Below are positions 8,187 through 17,601 of a stretch of 35,815 nt of DNA, piece after piece. Every line of letters begins with the position of its first letter. The first letter of the stretch is position 1. Position numbers and translations under genes: made by a program. The notes beneath the pieces are model-generated. The model saw only the letters and a program-made list of their open reading frames with translations. It made no database searches and was not told the origin of the DNA. Source of the stretch: a virus; the IMG/VR virus record IMGVR_UViG_3300019487_000023, positions 72,850 to 108,664 of that record; one strand, 5' to 3'.

Positions 8187-8648
8187 ATGGAAACTACTGC
8201 TCTCGAGCAGCGTTTACAGGCCATTGATGTTACTAAGCTAGTCGAATATACGAAAAAACTCAGGGAAATTGGGAGCTTCAATAAAATGATGACTCCCACC
8301 TACCTGAGGGATTTCATCGTAGCTTATGACATCACTAATACCATGTATGCGTCTGCTGTAAGGTGTGATATTGAAGCCCAAACTGCTTTGGATCGCGCTC
8401 GTTCTATCGCTTATCTTGATAGAGCTGGTGACTATCTGAAGGAGAAGGGTATTAAGGAATCGTCTGAGGCAAGAAAGCAGTATGTAGAAATTGATGAGCA
8501 AGTCATTTCTGCCGCTGATTTCAAAGCTAAAACAACCGCCCTATGTGCTTTCCTGAAGAATAAGATGCAGGAATTCCGTATGGCTCATGATGACGTTAAA
8601 AAGATGGCCTATGGTGAAAATTACCTAAGCCCAGAAGAAGGATATTAA
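8187..8648 (+). CDS. UvsY-like recombination mediator (putative)
   Basis: About 150 aa, helical, ARKQYVEIDEQV segment; lies between SSB and RecA. Confidence 0.5.
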   Translation: METTALEQRLQAIDVTKLVEYTKKLREIGSFNKMMTPTYLRDFIVAYDITNTMYASAVRCDIEAQTALDRARSIAYLDRAGDYLKEKGIKESSEARKQYVEIDEQVISAADFKAKTTALCAFLKNKMQEFRMAHDDVKKMAYGENYLSPEEGY

Positions 8649-8649
8649 T

Positions 8650-8916
8650 ATGAAGACTAAATTTACTAAAGCAAGCAAAAGAGACAATTTCTTGGTTACC
8701 GTATCATTGTCAGTACTGGACCTTGGAGGTCTTGTTATTAAGGATATCAATGGTCGAGGCGGTAGCGTTCTAGACCTCTCCAATGGAGACCGTTTTATTC
8801 TCGAAGTAGACGGCATTCCTACTGTATTCACCGTGAACCGTGAAGGTAAGACTGCTCGCACACTCTCTTCCTCGTCATTTGAGGCTTCCAACATTGAAGC
8901 GCCCTACTTACGGTGA
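8650..8916 (+). CDS. Hypothetical protein
   Basis: 88 aa ORF that fills the gap in the operon. Confidence 0.65.
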   Translation: MKTKFTKASKRDNFLVTVSLSVLDLGGLVIKDINGRGGSVLDLSNGDRFILEVDGIPTVFTVNREGKTARTLSSSSFEASNIEAPYLR

Positions 8917-8953
8917 AGTGAGCAAATTCGGTATCATGTTCTAAGGAGAAATT

Positions 8954-10060
8954 ATGGCTACAAATAAATGGATGTCCCGACTTACGTCGGACTTCGGCAA
9001 GATTGCCGCTGACATTCCAAAACCGACTGATTCGGTTATTCCACTGTCTTCGCCATCCCTTAATTGGGCTATTGGTAATGGTGGATTGGTTGTCGGCAAG
9101 GCTCTCTGCTACTTTGGTCCTGAATCTGGTGGTAAATCGTTGCTAATGCAGCTATCGCTTATTCAGATCCAGAAGCAAGATAAGGATGCAATCTGCGTTC
9201 TGTTCGATGCAGAGTATGCATTTAACCCTGAGTGGTTCAAAAAGCTTGGTGGAGACCTTAATAGGTTATATGTCCGCCAAACTAATGATCCTCTCAAGAT
9301 CTTTGACTATATCTCTGGTGAGATGCTAGAGTTGATTCAAGACGGTTGTCCTATTAAAGCAATCGCTATCGACTCTGTTAAGAGTATCAAGTATCCTAAG
9401 GATATGAAGAAGCAATCCACTGACCAGACAATGGGTGGCGGTGGTGCTTCGTATCTCGGGTCTGCTCTTAAGCATGTCACTCCAGTGATCCGCGAGAACA
9501 ACATCACTTGTATCCTTGTTCAGCAAGTTTATGAGGAGATGGACCAATATAAGAAGATGCGCAATCCATACATCGTTCCAGATGGACGCGCATTGAAGCA
9601 CTTCTGCGACTACATGGCCCAAGTGGATAAGCTAGAAACCAAGGAGTTCATCCTTGAAGCTGGTGAGAACATCCACGGTGGAGCAGCTCAGATTGGTCAC
9701 AAGGTTCGTGTTAAGTTCAAGAAGAACCGCGTTGGAGCTCCTTATCGCACTGCACAGTTCACTCTTGATTATGAACATGGCATCGTAGATACTGGTAATG
9801 AAGTGTTTGATCTCGCTAAGAGTCTAAACATCATCTACCATCCAATCAACCCAGATACTGGTAAAGAAAATAACCAGATGTGGAAATTTGGAAATTACGA
9901 CCCAATCCGTGGTGAAGCGAACATGAGGACGTTTGTCTTGTCGTCGAAGCAAGTTCAAGACGAAATCATGGATGCTTGCAACGGAGCTTCTGAAGATCAA
10001 ATCAAACTTCGTAATGCAGAAGTCGGTGAAGTGACCGACGATATTACGGTCGAAGTATGA
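8954..10060 (+). CDS. recA: RecA/UvsX-like recombinase
   Basis: Walker A GPESGGKS, DAEYA, Walker B AIDSV, GRALKH, KKNRVGAPY. AAGGAG RBS with ggTATCAT -10 at 8932-8937. Confidence 0.92.
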   Translation: MATNKWMSRLTSDFGKIAADIPKPTDSVIPLSSPSLNWAIGNGGLVVGKALCYFGPESGGKSLLMQLSLIQIQKQDKDAICVLFDAEYAFNPEWFKKLGGDLNRLYVRQTNDPLKIFDYISGEMLELIQDGCPIKAIAIDSVKSIKYPKDMKKQSTDQTMGGGGASYLGSALKHVTPVIRENNITCILVQQVYEEMDQYKKMRNPYIVPDGRALKHFCDYMAQVDKLETKEFILEAGENIHGGAAQIGHKVRVKFKKNRVGAPYRTAQFTLDYEHGIVDTGNEVFDLAKSLNIIYHPINPDTGKENNQMWKFGNYDPIRGEANMRTFVLSSKQVQDEIMDACNGASEDQIKLRNAEVGEVTDDITVEV

Positions 10061-10314
10061 GCGATCTCTGCGCTTGCGGTAAAGAAAGCGAATTCGGTTG
10101 TCACGGGATAACTCAAGGAGAGATCTACGATGAGTACTACTGCGAAGCTTGCTATAACATCAAGAAGCGCGGCGGTACAACGACAGTAGAAGAAAAGGAA
10201 GAACAAATTGAAACTTCTACTGATAGGCGATCCTCACCTCAAGATAACCAGATTCGACTCAGCCAAACAATTTCTGGAATGGCTGAACAAAACTATTCAG
10301 GAGCGCAAGCCTGA
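10057..10314 (+). CDS. Small Cys-rich (zinc-finger-like) hypothetical protein
   Basis: ATGA overlap with recA; CACG..C..YCEACY. The 3' 107 nt overlap the next gene. Confidence 0.5.
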   Translation: MSDLCACGKESEFGCHGITQGEIYDEYYCEACYNIKKRGGTTTVEEKEEQIETSTDRRSSPQDNQIRLSQTISGMAEQNYSGAQA

Positions 10315-11224
10315 TCTAGTCGTCAATCTAGGTGATACGTTCGATACCCATGCCGTTCTAAGGTCAGAGATTATGGCAGAGCTTATGGCTCACGTAAATC
10401 TGGTACTCGGCATGGGTATCCCTTATGTATATGTTTTGGGCAACCACGACATGTACAAGCCAAACGATGCTAAGTATCACGCCCTCTCTGCCTTAAAGGG
10501 CACAATCAAAAACTTTCATGTTGTTGATGAGGTTACTAACCTATTCGACATCACGTTTGTTCCTTATATTCATAAGGCCGCTAATTTCCCAACCAACACA
10601 TTAGATTTATGTATCGCTCATCAGACCTTTAAGGGCGCTGATTTTGGCGATATCACCACTAAAGATGGCGTAGATGCAGATCTAATCTCTGCCTCTTTCA
10701 TCATCTCTGGACACATCCATAAGCGTCAGAGATTCTTATCTGTCGGTGGCAAAACTATTCTTTATCCTGGAACGCCATTCTCTCAGAATGCCTCAGACAT
10801 TAATCAGGTTAAAGGAGTCTCTATGTTTGATACAGAGACTTATAGAGATGAACTAATTGAATGTCCGCTCCCTGCATGGAGGGGCATCAGGTTCGAACTA
10901 TCTCCTTCCCTAACAGTCCAGGACATGCACGAGCAACTTATCTCCACTATCAATAAGCAGGATCACTGGGTTGTAGAGATGAAAGGTAGAAGAGCAGAGA
11001 TCACAGGATACCTGTCATCTAAGGAATATAAGAAGGCAATAGCAGGAATTGATGTAAAGGTGAAAACCGATTACACAGACAATGAGAAGCGTAGCGTTAG
11101 GATTAACGCTATGTCGATGGACCAGATTGTATCAGAATACATTGTTAAAATTTACTCAGGTTCCTTGGATAAGGAAGAATTAAAGCGAGCCTCGCTTGAA
11201 GTTCTTGAGGCTGCTCAACAGTAA
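10208..11224 (+). CDS. Metallophosphoesterase, SbcD/Mre11/T4 gp47-like nuclease
   Basis: GDPH, NLGDTFD, LGNHD, AHQ, SGHIH and YPGTP motifs; TTG start. Confidence 0.88.
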   Translation: MKLLLIGDPHLKITRFDSAKQFLEWLNKTIQERKPDLVVNLGDTFDTHAVLRSEIMAELMAHVNLVLGMGIPYVYVLGNHDMYKPNDAKYHALSALKGTIKNFHVVDEVTNLFDITFVPYIHKAANFPTNTLDLCIAHQTFKGADFGDITTKDGVDADLISASFIISGHIHKRQRFLSVGGKTILYPGTPFSQNASDINQVKGVSMFDTETYRDELIECPLPAWRGIRFELSPSLTVQDMHEQLISTINKQDHWVVEMKGRRAEITGYLSSKEYKKAIAGIDVKVKTDYTDNEKRSVRINAMSMDQIVSEYIVKIYSGSLDKEELKRASLEVLEAAQQ

Positions 11225-11231
11225 CATAGCC

Positions 11232-11240
11232 TGGTATAAT
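11232..11240 (+). promoter_or_regulatory. Extended -10 promoter (TGgTATAAT) upstream of the terminase operon
   Basis: Perfect TGnTATAAT in an intergenic gap, followed by GGAG RBS. Confidence 0.7.
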
Positions 11241-11262
11241 TGGACTAAGTGGAGAACTTGTA

Positions 11263-11715
11263 ATGGAACCAAAAGAAATTGTTGAATATATGGATCAACA
11301 GAGATGGCTCTTGAACAACGGACTAATATCCGATGGTATCAAGAATCAACTTTTCTTTTGCGGTTCTATAGTTCACAAAGAAGTCCAAGCAGTGGAATTA
11401 GGTATTGAAGCAGAGAAAAAGCTGGTTCAGTATCGCATTTACGTTGATAAAGACCTTCTAAAGAAAATTGAACTTTATAATAAACTCTCCACGTCGACTT
11501 CCTTGTTTGGAATGTGGCGCTTTAAGCGTTTGCTTAAGAAAGAGGGTGCTCTAGATTTCAGGCAGATCCTAAATAAGTTTGTTAGGGACTTCTGCGGACC
11601 GAGTTGGTCTGCTGAGGTTGAGGTAGTCGACTTTGCTCAATATGTAGATAGCATCGGAGATGACTACAATGACCCAAGAGAAGGTCAGCACCCTAATCAA
11701 CTGTCTGACAAATAA
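11263..11715 (+). CDS. Hypothetical protein
   Basis: 150 aa ORF with GGAG RBS. Confidence 0.75.
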   Translation: MEPKEIVEYMDQQRWLLNNGLISDGIKNQLFFCGSIVHKEVQAVELGIEAEKKLVQYRIYVDKDLLKKIELYNKLSTSTSLFGMWRFKRLLKKEGALDFRQILNKFVRDFCGPSWSAEVEVVDFAQYVDSIGDDYNDPREGQHPNQLSDK

Positions 11716-12064
11716 TGAGGATCTCCGCCAGGAACTTTGGGTACATTACTTAAGTGGAAACTCAGTAGACACTTTTGCGGATCACTTACATCGGCTCTCC
11801 TTAGAACATTCTATTGACGAAAAGCTGCGCAATGCAGTTATAGACGCCATTCACAATCCCCCTTCTGAACAACTTAAGTCCGTTCTAGAGCGATTCTCGG
11901 AGTTCGAGCAGTCGATTATGTGCCTTCTTGCGTTGGGCCTAAACTCTACCGAGGTTTCCGGGTATAAAAAGATATCGGATGTTAGGATACGTCAGACTAT
12001 AGACTCGATCGCTAGTAGCCCTTGTTGGAAAGATATTTATGGCATTGAAGAAAAAACTGACTGA
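11669..12064 (+). CDS. Small sigma70/ECF-like protein with region-4-type HTH
   Basis: EDLRQELWVHYL resembles the start of ECF region 2. FSEFEQSIMCLLALGLNSTEVSGYKKISDVRIRQ resembles region 4. GGAGA RBS favours ATG 11669. Confidence 0.55.
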   Translation: MTQEKVSTLINCLTNNEDLRQELWVHYLSGNSVDTFADHLHRLSLEHSIDEKLRNAVIDAIHNPPSEQLKSVLERFSEFEQSIMCLLALGLNSTEVSGYKKISDVRIRQTIDSIASSPCWKDIYGIEEKTD

Positions 12065-12677
12065 AGAAGAAAGATACGGACTCACAGAAGACGAAGCTAA
12101 ACTCGCAGAGAAGTACCTTCGTAAGCACAAGACAGCTGGCGCTTTAAAGGATCTAGAAGCAGCGAAGTTATTTGAGTTATATCTTCTTGGTGATTCTATT
12201 GGTAAGATTGCTCAACAGTTCCCTCAGTATGAGGTAGGACAGATTTGTCTTACAGCTGCACTACGTGGCTGGGGAAGAGACCGCGACAAGATGATGCATA
12301 CCCTTCAGGACAGGGTTCGTGCTAAGGTTGTTAAGTCAGTACTTGAGCAAGTGGATTTCCTTACCACCATGCTTTCGGTCTCTAATGCAGAGCATTTGGA
12401 AGCTATGATGAAGTATATTCAAGATCCAGTTAATAACCCAAAACCGCAGATGCGAATTGGCAACATTAAGGAATACAAAGATGTAGCAGAAACTCTCTAT
12501 AAGATTGTTGCTGGCGCTACACCTAGTGGGGAAGGCGACAAGAAGAAGTCTCCGATGTTTTCGGCGCTAACTCCTACTCAGCCTCGTATTGCTGCAGTGG
12601 AAACACCACAGGAAGAAAAGGAACTATCTATCGCTGATGTGGTAGATATTACGCCAATAAACAATGGCCAAAGCTAA
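12039..12677 (+). CDS. Putative terminase small subunit
   Basis: HTH-like FELYLLGDSIGKIAQQFP; overlaps the start of the large terminase gene. Mostly a positional inference. Confidence 0.5.
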   Translation: MALKKKLTEEERYGLTEDEAKLAEKYLRKHKTAGALKDLEAAKLFELYLLGDSIGKIAQQFPQYEVGQICLTAALRGWGRDRDKMMHTLQDRVRAKVVKSVLEQVDFLTTMLSVSNAEHLEAMMKYIQDPVNNPKPQMRIGNIKEYKDVAETLYKIVAGATPSGEGDKKKSPMFSALTPTQPRIAAVETPQEEKELSIADVVDITPINNGQS

Positions 12678-14601
12678 ATCACAATTCACATTTGATCAGC
12701 GCAAGAAGCTGCTCTTGACTCCTTGTAAGACAAGAGATGAGTTGAAGGCATGGATTAAGTTTCACCTCAATCTCGAGCTACCTGACGTTACTGTTTCTCG
12801 TTACTCCGACACTAATCCGTTGGATGTTATCTGGGAAGTGTATCGTATTTGTGTGCTGAGACATAATCCCGACAATATTCAGGAATTGCTATTCGTTGCT
12901 GGTCGAGGTTCGGGAAAGACTCTCGGCATGGCTATTGCCGAACTAATGATCCTTCTTCATGATTCTCGCGATGTAGTGCATGTCGGCGCGATCCAGAATC
13001 AAGCTGAGCGCTGTTACGCATACCAGAAGAACTTCCTATATAATCGCCAACTGAAGCCAATCGTGATGCCCTCTGACATCCCAGAGGATCAACGTATTCT
13101 TGAGAAGGCCAACATGTCGAAGTCTATCTTCAATATTGGCCATGAAAAAGTTACTCTAGAAGTTCTTCCATGTACTCTTAAAGCATGTAATGGCCCTCAC
13201 GTTCCTCTAGTTGTCGTTGATGAGATCGACACGGTTTCCGGTGAAGGCTTAAAGGCCTTTAAAGAAATCTCAGGCATGCTTGACTCGAAGGCTGGCAAGA
13301 AGGCTCTTCGCGTTGGTATTTCTACTCGTAAGTCTCGCTATGGCCTGATGAATCAAAAGATTGAAGAGATGGAAGCATCCACAGACAAGACTCGCGCTGT
13401 TCGTCGTTGGACTGCATTTGAGTTTACTGAGCGTTGCCCTGATACTCGTTCTGGCACTAAGCAGATTGACCTATTTGTAAACCAGGACAAGATGGAAGTC
13501 TTGAATACCGAAGAGTTTTCAAAGAAGGATAGAAACAAGCAGAAGGAGTTCGTGCACCATAAAGGTTTCGAAGGATGCCATAAGTGTCCTCTATTCTCTG
13601 TATGCCTAACGGATGCTAAGAAGCAGACGTCTGCTTCTCCAATGCTTAAGACTCTAGATGAAATGGTTCAAAAGGTTCGTTCTGAGGGCGCAGACTGGAC
13701 TCTAGCTCAGTTGATGAACCTAAAACCATCCGTTGAAGGCATTATCTTCCGTGAGTTTGAAGAGAAGATTCATGTCAAGACTTGGAACCAAATGTGGCTC
13801 ATTCTCACCGGTAAGGAATTCCCTGGTGAGTGTACTCATGACTTGTTTGTTAAGAAGTGCCATGAGATGCAACTACCATGTTATGGTGGCATCGACTGGG
13901 GTTTCTCAGCTCCAAACACTGTGGTTTACTTCTTTATGGATAAGCGCGATAACGTCTTCGTTGTTCGCTGCGACGGTATGACTTTTATCAGTCAACCTAC
14001 TTGGATCCATCATTTGAAGACAAAATACAACAACATGTATCGTTGCCAACTCTATGTTCCTGATGCCGCTGACCAAGGCGCTGTCCAAGAAATGAAGAAG
14101 GCAGGTCTTCCTGTAGCCAATCAACCTGACAAAGGCCAGATTAATACTGGTATTCAGGTCATTAAGAAGCTTCTTAAGGTCCCTGGAACTTCTGATTCAA
14201 AGATCTTCTTTGCTAAGGAAACCACCCAAGCCATCGTTAATGAGATGGGCCTTTATCACTATAAGACTGATGCTGCAGGCCTCATCACCGATGATCCTGA
14301 CACAGAGCATGACCATTGGATTGACGCCCTAAGGTATCCGCTCACCCTATTGTTAGGAAAAGCTAACATTATTCTAGGTGGCGGACTTGAGTTGGATACA
14401 AGCTACGGTCTACAAGACAAGCAAGGCAACTTCAATCGTGTTCCTACGGCTCAGGAGTTCGCTGCGGCTAAGGGGCTCCAGCTCAATGTTAATGAGCCTG
14501 ATGTTTCCAAACTTGGTAAGATAGGTAAAGCATCTGAACTTGAAGGTAATGACCCCGATGATGATTCAGGTAGCTCCGGCGGGTTCTTGTGGTCATTCTA
14601 A
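12664..14601 (+). CDS. terL: Terminase large subunit
   Basis: Walker A AGRGSGKT, Walker B VVVDEID, nuclease motifs GGIDWGFSAP and DHWIDALRY; directly upstream of the portal gene. Confidence 0.93.
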   Translation: MAKAKSQFTFDQRKKLLLTPCKTRDELKAWIKFHLNLELPDVTVSRYSDTNPLDVIWEVYRICVLRHNPDNIQELLFVAGRGSGKTLGMAIAELMILLHDSRDVVHVGAIQNQAERCYAYQKNFLYNRQLKPIVMPSDIPEDQRILEKANMSKSIFNIGHEKVTLEVLPCTLKACNGPHVPLVVVDEIDTVSGEGLKAFKEISGMLDSKAGKKALRVGISTRKSRYGLMNQKIEEMEASTDKTRAVRRWTAFEFTERCPDTRSGTKQIDLFVNQDKMEVLNTEEFSKKDRNKQKEFVHHKGFEGCHKCPLFSVCLTDAKKQTSASPMLKTLDEMVQKVRSEGADWTLAQLMNLKPSVEGIIFREFEEKIHVKTWNQMWLILTGKEFPGECTHDLFVKKCHEMQLPCYGGIDWGFSAPNTVVYFFMDKRDNVFVVRCDGMTFISQPTWIHHLKTKYNNMYRCQLYVPDAADQGAVQEMKKAGLPVANQPDKGQINTGIQVIKKLLKVPGTSDSKIFFAKETTQAIVNEMGLYHYKTDAAGLITDDPDTEHDHWIDALRYPLTLLLGKANIILGGGLELDTSYGLQDKQGNFNRVPTAQEFAAAKGLQLNVNEPDVSKLGKIGKASELEGNDPDDDSGSSGGFLWSF

Positions 14602-14611
14602 GTTACAGTAA

Positions 14612-14619
14612 GGTATAAT
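14612..14619 (+). promoter_or_regulatory. -10 promoter (ggTATAAT) for portal, predicted leaderless
   Basis: TATAAT at 14614-14619, 6 nt, ATG at 14626. Confidence 0.65.
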
Positions 14620-14625
14620 CAAACC

Positions 14626-16593
14626 ATGGCGTGGTACGACGATTGGCTAAAAAGTAGAATTAAGGGCGAAATCCAAGATCTTTTAAAGACCGATGGAGTC
14701 GACTCTTCTCCTGACCCTCAAACCCAGGCTTCAGGGGACTCCCTACCTATTAAGCCCGAAGAGCACGATGCTTCTAAGCAAGTAGGTCGCAAAGCTATTG
14801 TCGATGACCCATATTTTGACAATACCAGCCAGCAATACAACTATAAGTACAAGCTTTCCCGCATCTCTAACAAGACCCTCAAGGACGTCTCTGTCCGTGA
14901 CTGGCTTGTCTCTGCTATTATTCAGTGCCGTGTAGATACACTGCTTCGCTTCTCTCGCCCAGAACATCGTCGCTTTGAGATGGGTTTCCGTATCGTTAAG
15001 CGCGTTGAGACTGATCACTATAGCGATGACGAACGTAATGAGATTGCAGCATTAGAGGACTTCGTTTACAACTGCGGTCGTAAAGAAGGAACCCCAGCCG
15101 ATGACAGGATGTTATTTGGTGAGTTCTTGAAACTTGTCTCTCGCGATGCCCTTACATTTGGTAACGTGGCGATTGAAAAGGTTAAGACCCGTGGCGGTGG
15201 GTTGCACAGGTTCCGTCCTCTACCTGCGGAATCCGTATATTTGATCAACAAATCTGTGTCTAAGAAGCAGATTGAAGAGACGCAAGAATCTACTGATCAG
15301 ATGTACCGTAAGCCTAAGAGCGACAACGATCCTAAGGCCGATCAACAAGTTAATGAAGTACCTATCGACTACTACAAGTATGTCCAGGTCTCTTATGATA
15401 ATCGTCCGCTGAATAACTTCGGTGACGAAGACCTCATCTTTAAGCTTTTTAATCCACAAAACTTTGTGGACCTAAACGGATACTGCTATTCTCCTCTTGA
15501 ACTAGCAATCATCAATATTACTAATCACATGAATGTAGAGAATTACAATGCTAACTTCTTTACTCATGGATATGCAGCTCGCGGCATCCTTCACTTGAAG
15601 GGCACTGTTACACAAGCTCAGTTGATGAACTTCCGTCGTCAGTTCTATAACACCATCTCTGGAACGCAGAATGCATGGAGAACCCCTATCGTCTCTGGTT
15701 TGGACGAAGTTGAGTGGGTGCCAATGTCTGCCTCCGCTAAGGAGATGGAATACATCAACTTCAACAACCACTTGATGCGTATCCTTTGCGCTCAGTTCCA
15801 AATTGACCCAGTTGAACTTGGTCTCGATTATCTTGTTTCTGCAAATGGTCGTGCACCAACCCAACAGGCAAATAACGAATATAAGATTGTCTACTCTCGT
15901 GAACGTGGTCTAGTACCTATTCTCATGTTCATTGAGGATTTGGTGAATGGTGACATTCTTCCAGCAGTGAGCCCAGAACTTGCTAACAAGTATAAGTTCG
16001 TGTTCACTGGATATACAGACGAAACCCCTCAGACCGAAATTGCTCAGATGCAGGCAGAAATGACTGTATGGAAGAGCATGAACGATCTTCTAGCACAGGC
16101 TCAAAAGGACAAGCTATCCGTCCCAGGATCTGATCTTCCAATGAACCAGGCATTCTGGGCACTCATCGAGAAGAACTACACACGCGGTGAAATTCGTGAG
16201 AAATTCTTTGGAGACAAAGATGCCTCAAAGCGCCGCGAGCTTCAATACATTCCTGGAGACCCAAGCTTCATGGCGTGGCAGCAAACTTTGCTAGCTATCG
16301 ATAATGCCGAGAAGCAAGAAGAACAGATGGCTGCTCAGGCTCAGGCTCAACAGCAAGAAGCCCAAATGAAGCAGGCAGAATCTGAAACCAAGAACCGCCA
16401 CGCAGAAGCTAAGCATGGTAGGGAACAAGAGAAGCACGAGATGGAGATGGAGCAAATGAAAGCTCAAGCTGCCATGAACGCTGTAAAGCACGGATCTTTT
16501 AAGGATTCGGCTAAGCAGTTTGGTGCAACCAAAGCAGAACACATCGGCGGTAAGACTCTTGCAAACCCAATCAATGCGATGGATGACAAATAA
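14626..16593 (+). CDS. Portal protein
   Basis: DALTFGN, GYCYSPLE, NFFTHGYAARGIL, MEYINF..ILCAQFQIDPVELG, GLVPIL, typical of HK97/Twort-like portals. Gln-rich coiled-coil tail. Confidence 0.9.
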   Translation: MAWYDDWLKSRIKGEIQDLLKTDGVDSSPDPQTQASGDSLPIKPEEHDASKQVGRKAIVDDPYFDNTSQQYNYKYKLSRISNKTLKDVSVRDWLVSAIIQCRVDTLLRFSRPEHRRFEMGFRIVKRVETDHYSDDERNEIAALEDFVYNCGRKEGTPADDRMLFGEFLKLVSRDALTFGNVAIEKVKTRGGGLHRFRPLPAESVYLINKSVSKKQIEETQESTDQMYRKPKSDNDPKADQQVNEVPIDYYKYVQVSYDNRPLNNFGDEDLIFKLFNPQNFVDLNGYCYSPLELAIINITNHMNVENYNANFFTHGYAARGILHLKGTVTQAQLMNFRRQFYNTISGTQNAWRTPIVSGLDEVEWVPMSASAKEMEYINFNNHLMRILCAQFQIDPVELGLDYLVSANGRAPTQQANNEYKIVYSRERGLVPILMFIEDLVNGDILPAVSPELANKYKFVFTGYTDETPQTEIAQMQAEMTVWKSMNDLLAQAQKDKLSVPGSDLPMNQAFWALIEKNYTRGEIREKFFGDKDASKRRELQYIPGDPSFMAWQQTLLAIDNAEKQEEQMAAQAQAQQQEAQMKQAESETKNRHAEAKHGREQEKHEMEMEQMKAQAAMNAVKHGSFKDSAKQFGATKAEHIGGKTLANPINAMDDK

Positions 16594-16746
16594 GCTATAC
16601 ATGAATCGTAGGAACGGCGTCATAATCAACTATGATGCCTACCTATCGCTAATGTATCTTCTTAAGGTTCTTCTCCGCCTAAAAGTAATCAAAACAAAAC
16701 ACGTATTAGACGTGGTAATGGAGTACCAGCCTATAGATTTTGATTA

Positions 16747-16773
16747 GTATAATCCCCCTGAAGGTATCAGGAG
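16747..16773 (+). promoter_or_regulatory. -10 promoter (gTATAAT) with RBS-overlapping hairpin
   Basis: TATAAT at 16748-16753; CCTGA-aggta-TCAGG stem covers the AGGAG RBS. Confidence 0.55.
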
Positions 16774-16776
16774 ATT

Positions 16777-17601
16777 ATGGCGCTCATTATTCTAGAAGGT
16801 TTAGACCGAACCGGCAAAAGTTCAGTTGCCCAAGATTTCCAAGCGAAGGGCTATGAACTTATTCACATGTCGGCACCTAGTAAAGAACTATCTCAACCTG
16901 GTTACACAGGCCCTTCCTACTTAGATCAAATTATTGAACTTGTGGCTAGTGCAGCTCACAAGGATATTGTTTTGGACCGTTCTCATTACGGAGAATTAGT
17001 TTGGCCACAGATTTATGGTCGCGATCCAATGCTCACTGACGATGACATTGAGATTATTCGCGAGATTGAAGAATCTGTTGGCACCACTCGTATCCTCATG
17101 CATGATACTGATTCAGAGTCTCATTGGGCGCGCTGCGTTGCAAATAAGGAACCTCTCACAAAGGCTCAGTTTCTTCGTGCTCGTAACCTATTTGATCGCA
17201 TGGCAAATAAATATAAGTTTGAAAAGAAAACCCTCCCAGAGGTTTCTGCCAACTTCCTTCAAACAGATCCACCACCAAATATCGATATGAGCAAAGTGGT
17301 TACGGTCACTAATACAGATAACAGCACAACCATCATTTCGTATCCTCAGCCTCAACCTAAGAAACAAACAGAGATGGAGAAGCTTGAAAAGGCTAATGCC
17401 ATTAACGATGTTCTTTCTAAGCGCATCATTAAGTCAAAAGGTGGAATTTACGACGAGTTAGAGACTGACGTTAGGAATTACCTCACCAAACGTCTTGGAG
17501 AAATTTTTGGACAATCGAGTGACGATGCATTGTCGCCAGATGAGGTACAACTACTCAAATTAGTTTGCAAGAGAATGAAAGACAAGGAGAGCAAGCAATG
17601 A
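16777..17601 (+). CDS. Thymidylate-kinase-like P-loop nucleotide kinase with C-terminal extension
   Basis: IILEGLDRTGKSS P-loop and LDRSHYGE motif. Confidence 0.8.
   Translation: MALIILEGLDRTGKSSVAQDFQAKGYELIHMSAPSKELSQPGYTGPSYLDQIIELVASAAHKDIVLDRSHYGELVWPQIYGRDPMLTDDDIEIIREIEESVGTTRILMHDTDSESHWARCVANKEPLTKAQFLRARNLFDRMANKYKFEKKTLPEVSANFLQTDPPPNIDMSKVVTVTNTDNSTTIISYPQPQPKKQTEMEKLEKANAINDVLSKRIIKSKGGIYDELETDVRNYLTKRLGEIFGQSSDDALSPDEVQLLKLVCKRMKDKESKQ

Noticed and set aside
10057-10314. Frameshift fusing the zinc-finger ORF to the SbcD-like nuclease
   Set aside because: The nuclease begins with a normal MKLLLIGD N-terminus at TTG 10208 with a purine-rich RBS, so simple overlap explains it.
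10208-11715. SbcC/gp46 partner next to the SbcD-like gene
   Set aside because: The following ORF has no Walker A or long coiled coil; any partner must lie outside the window.
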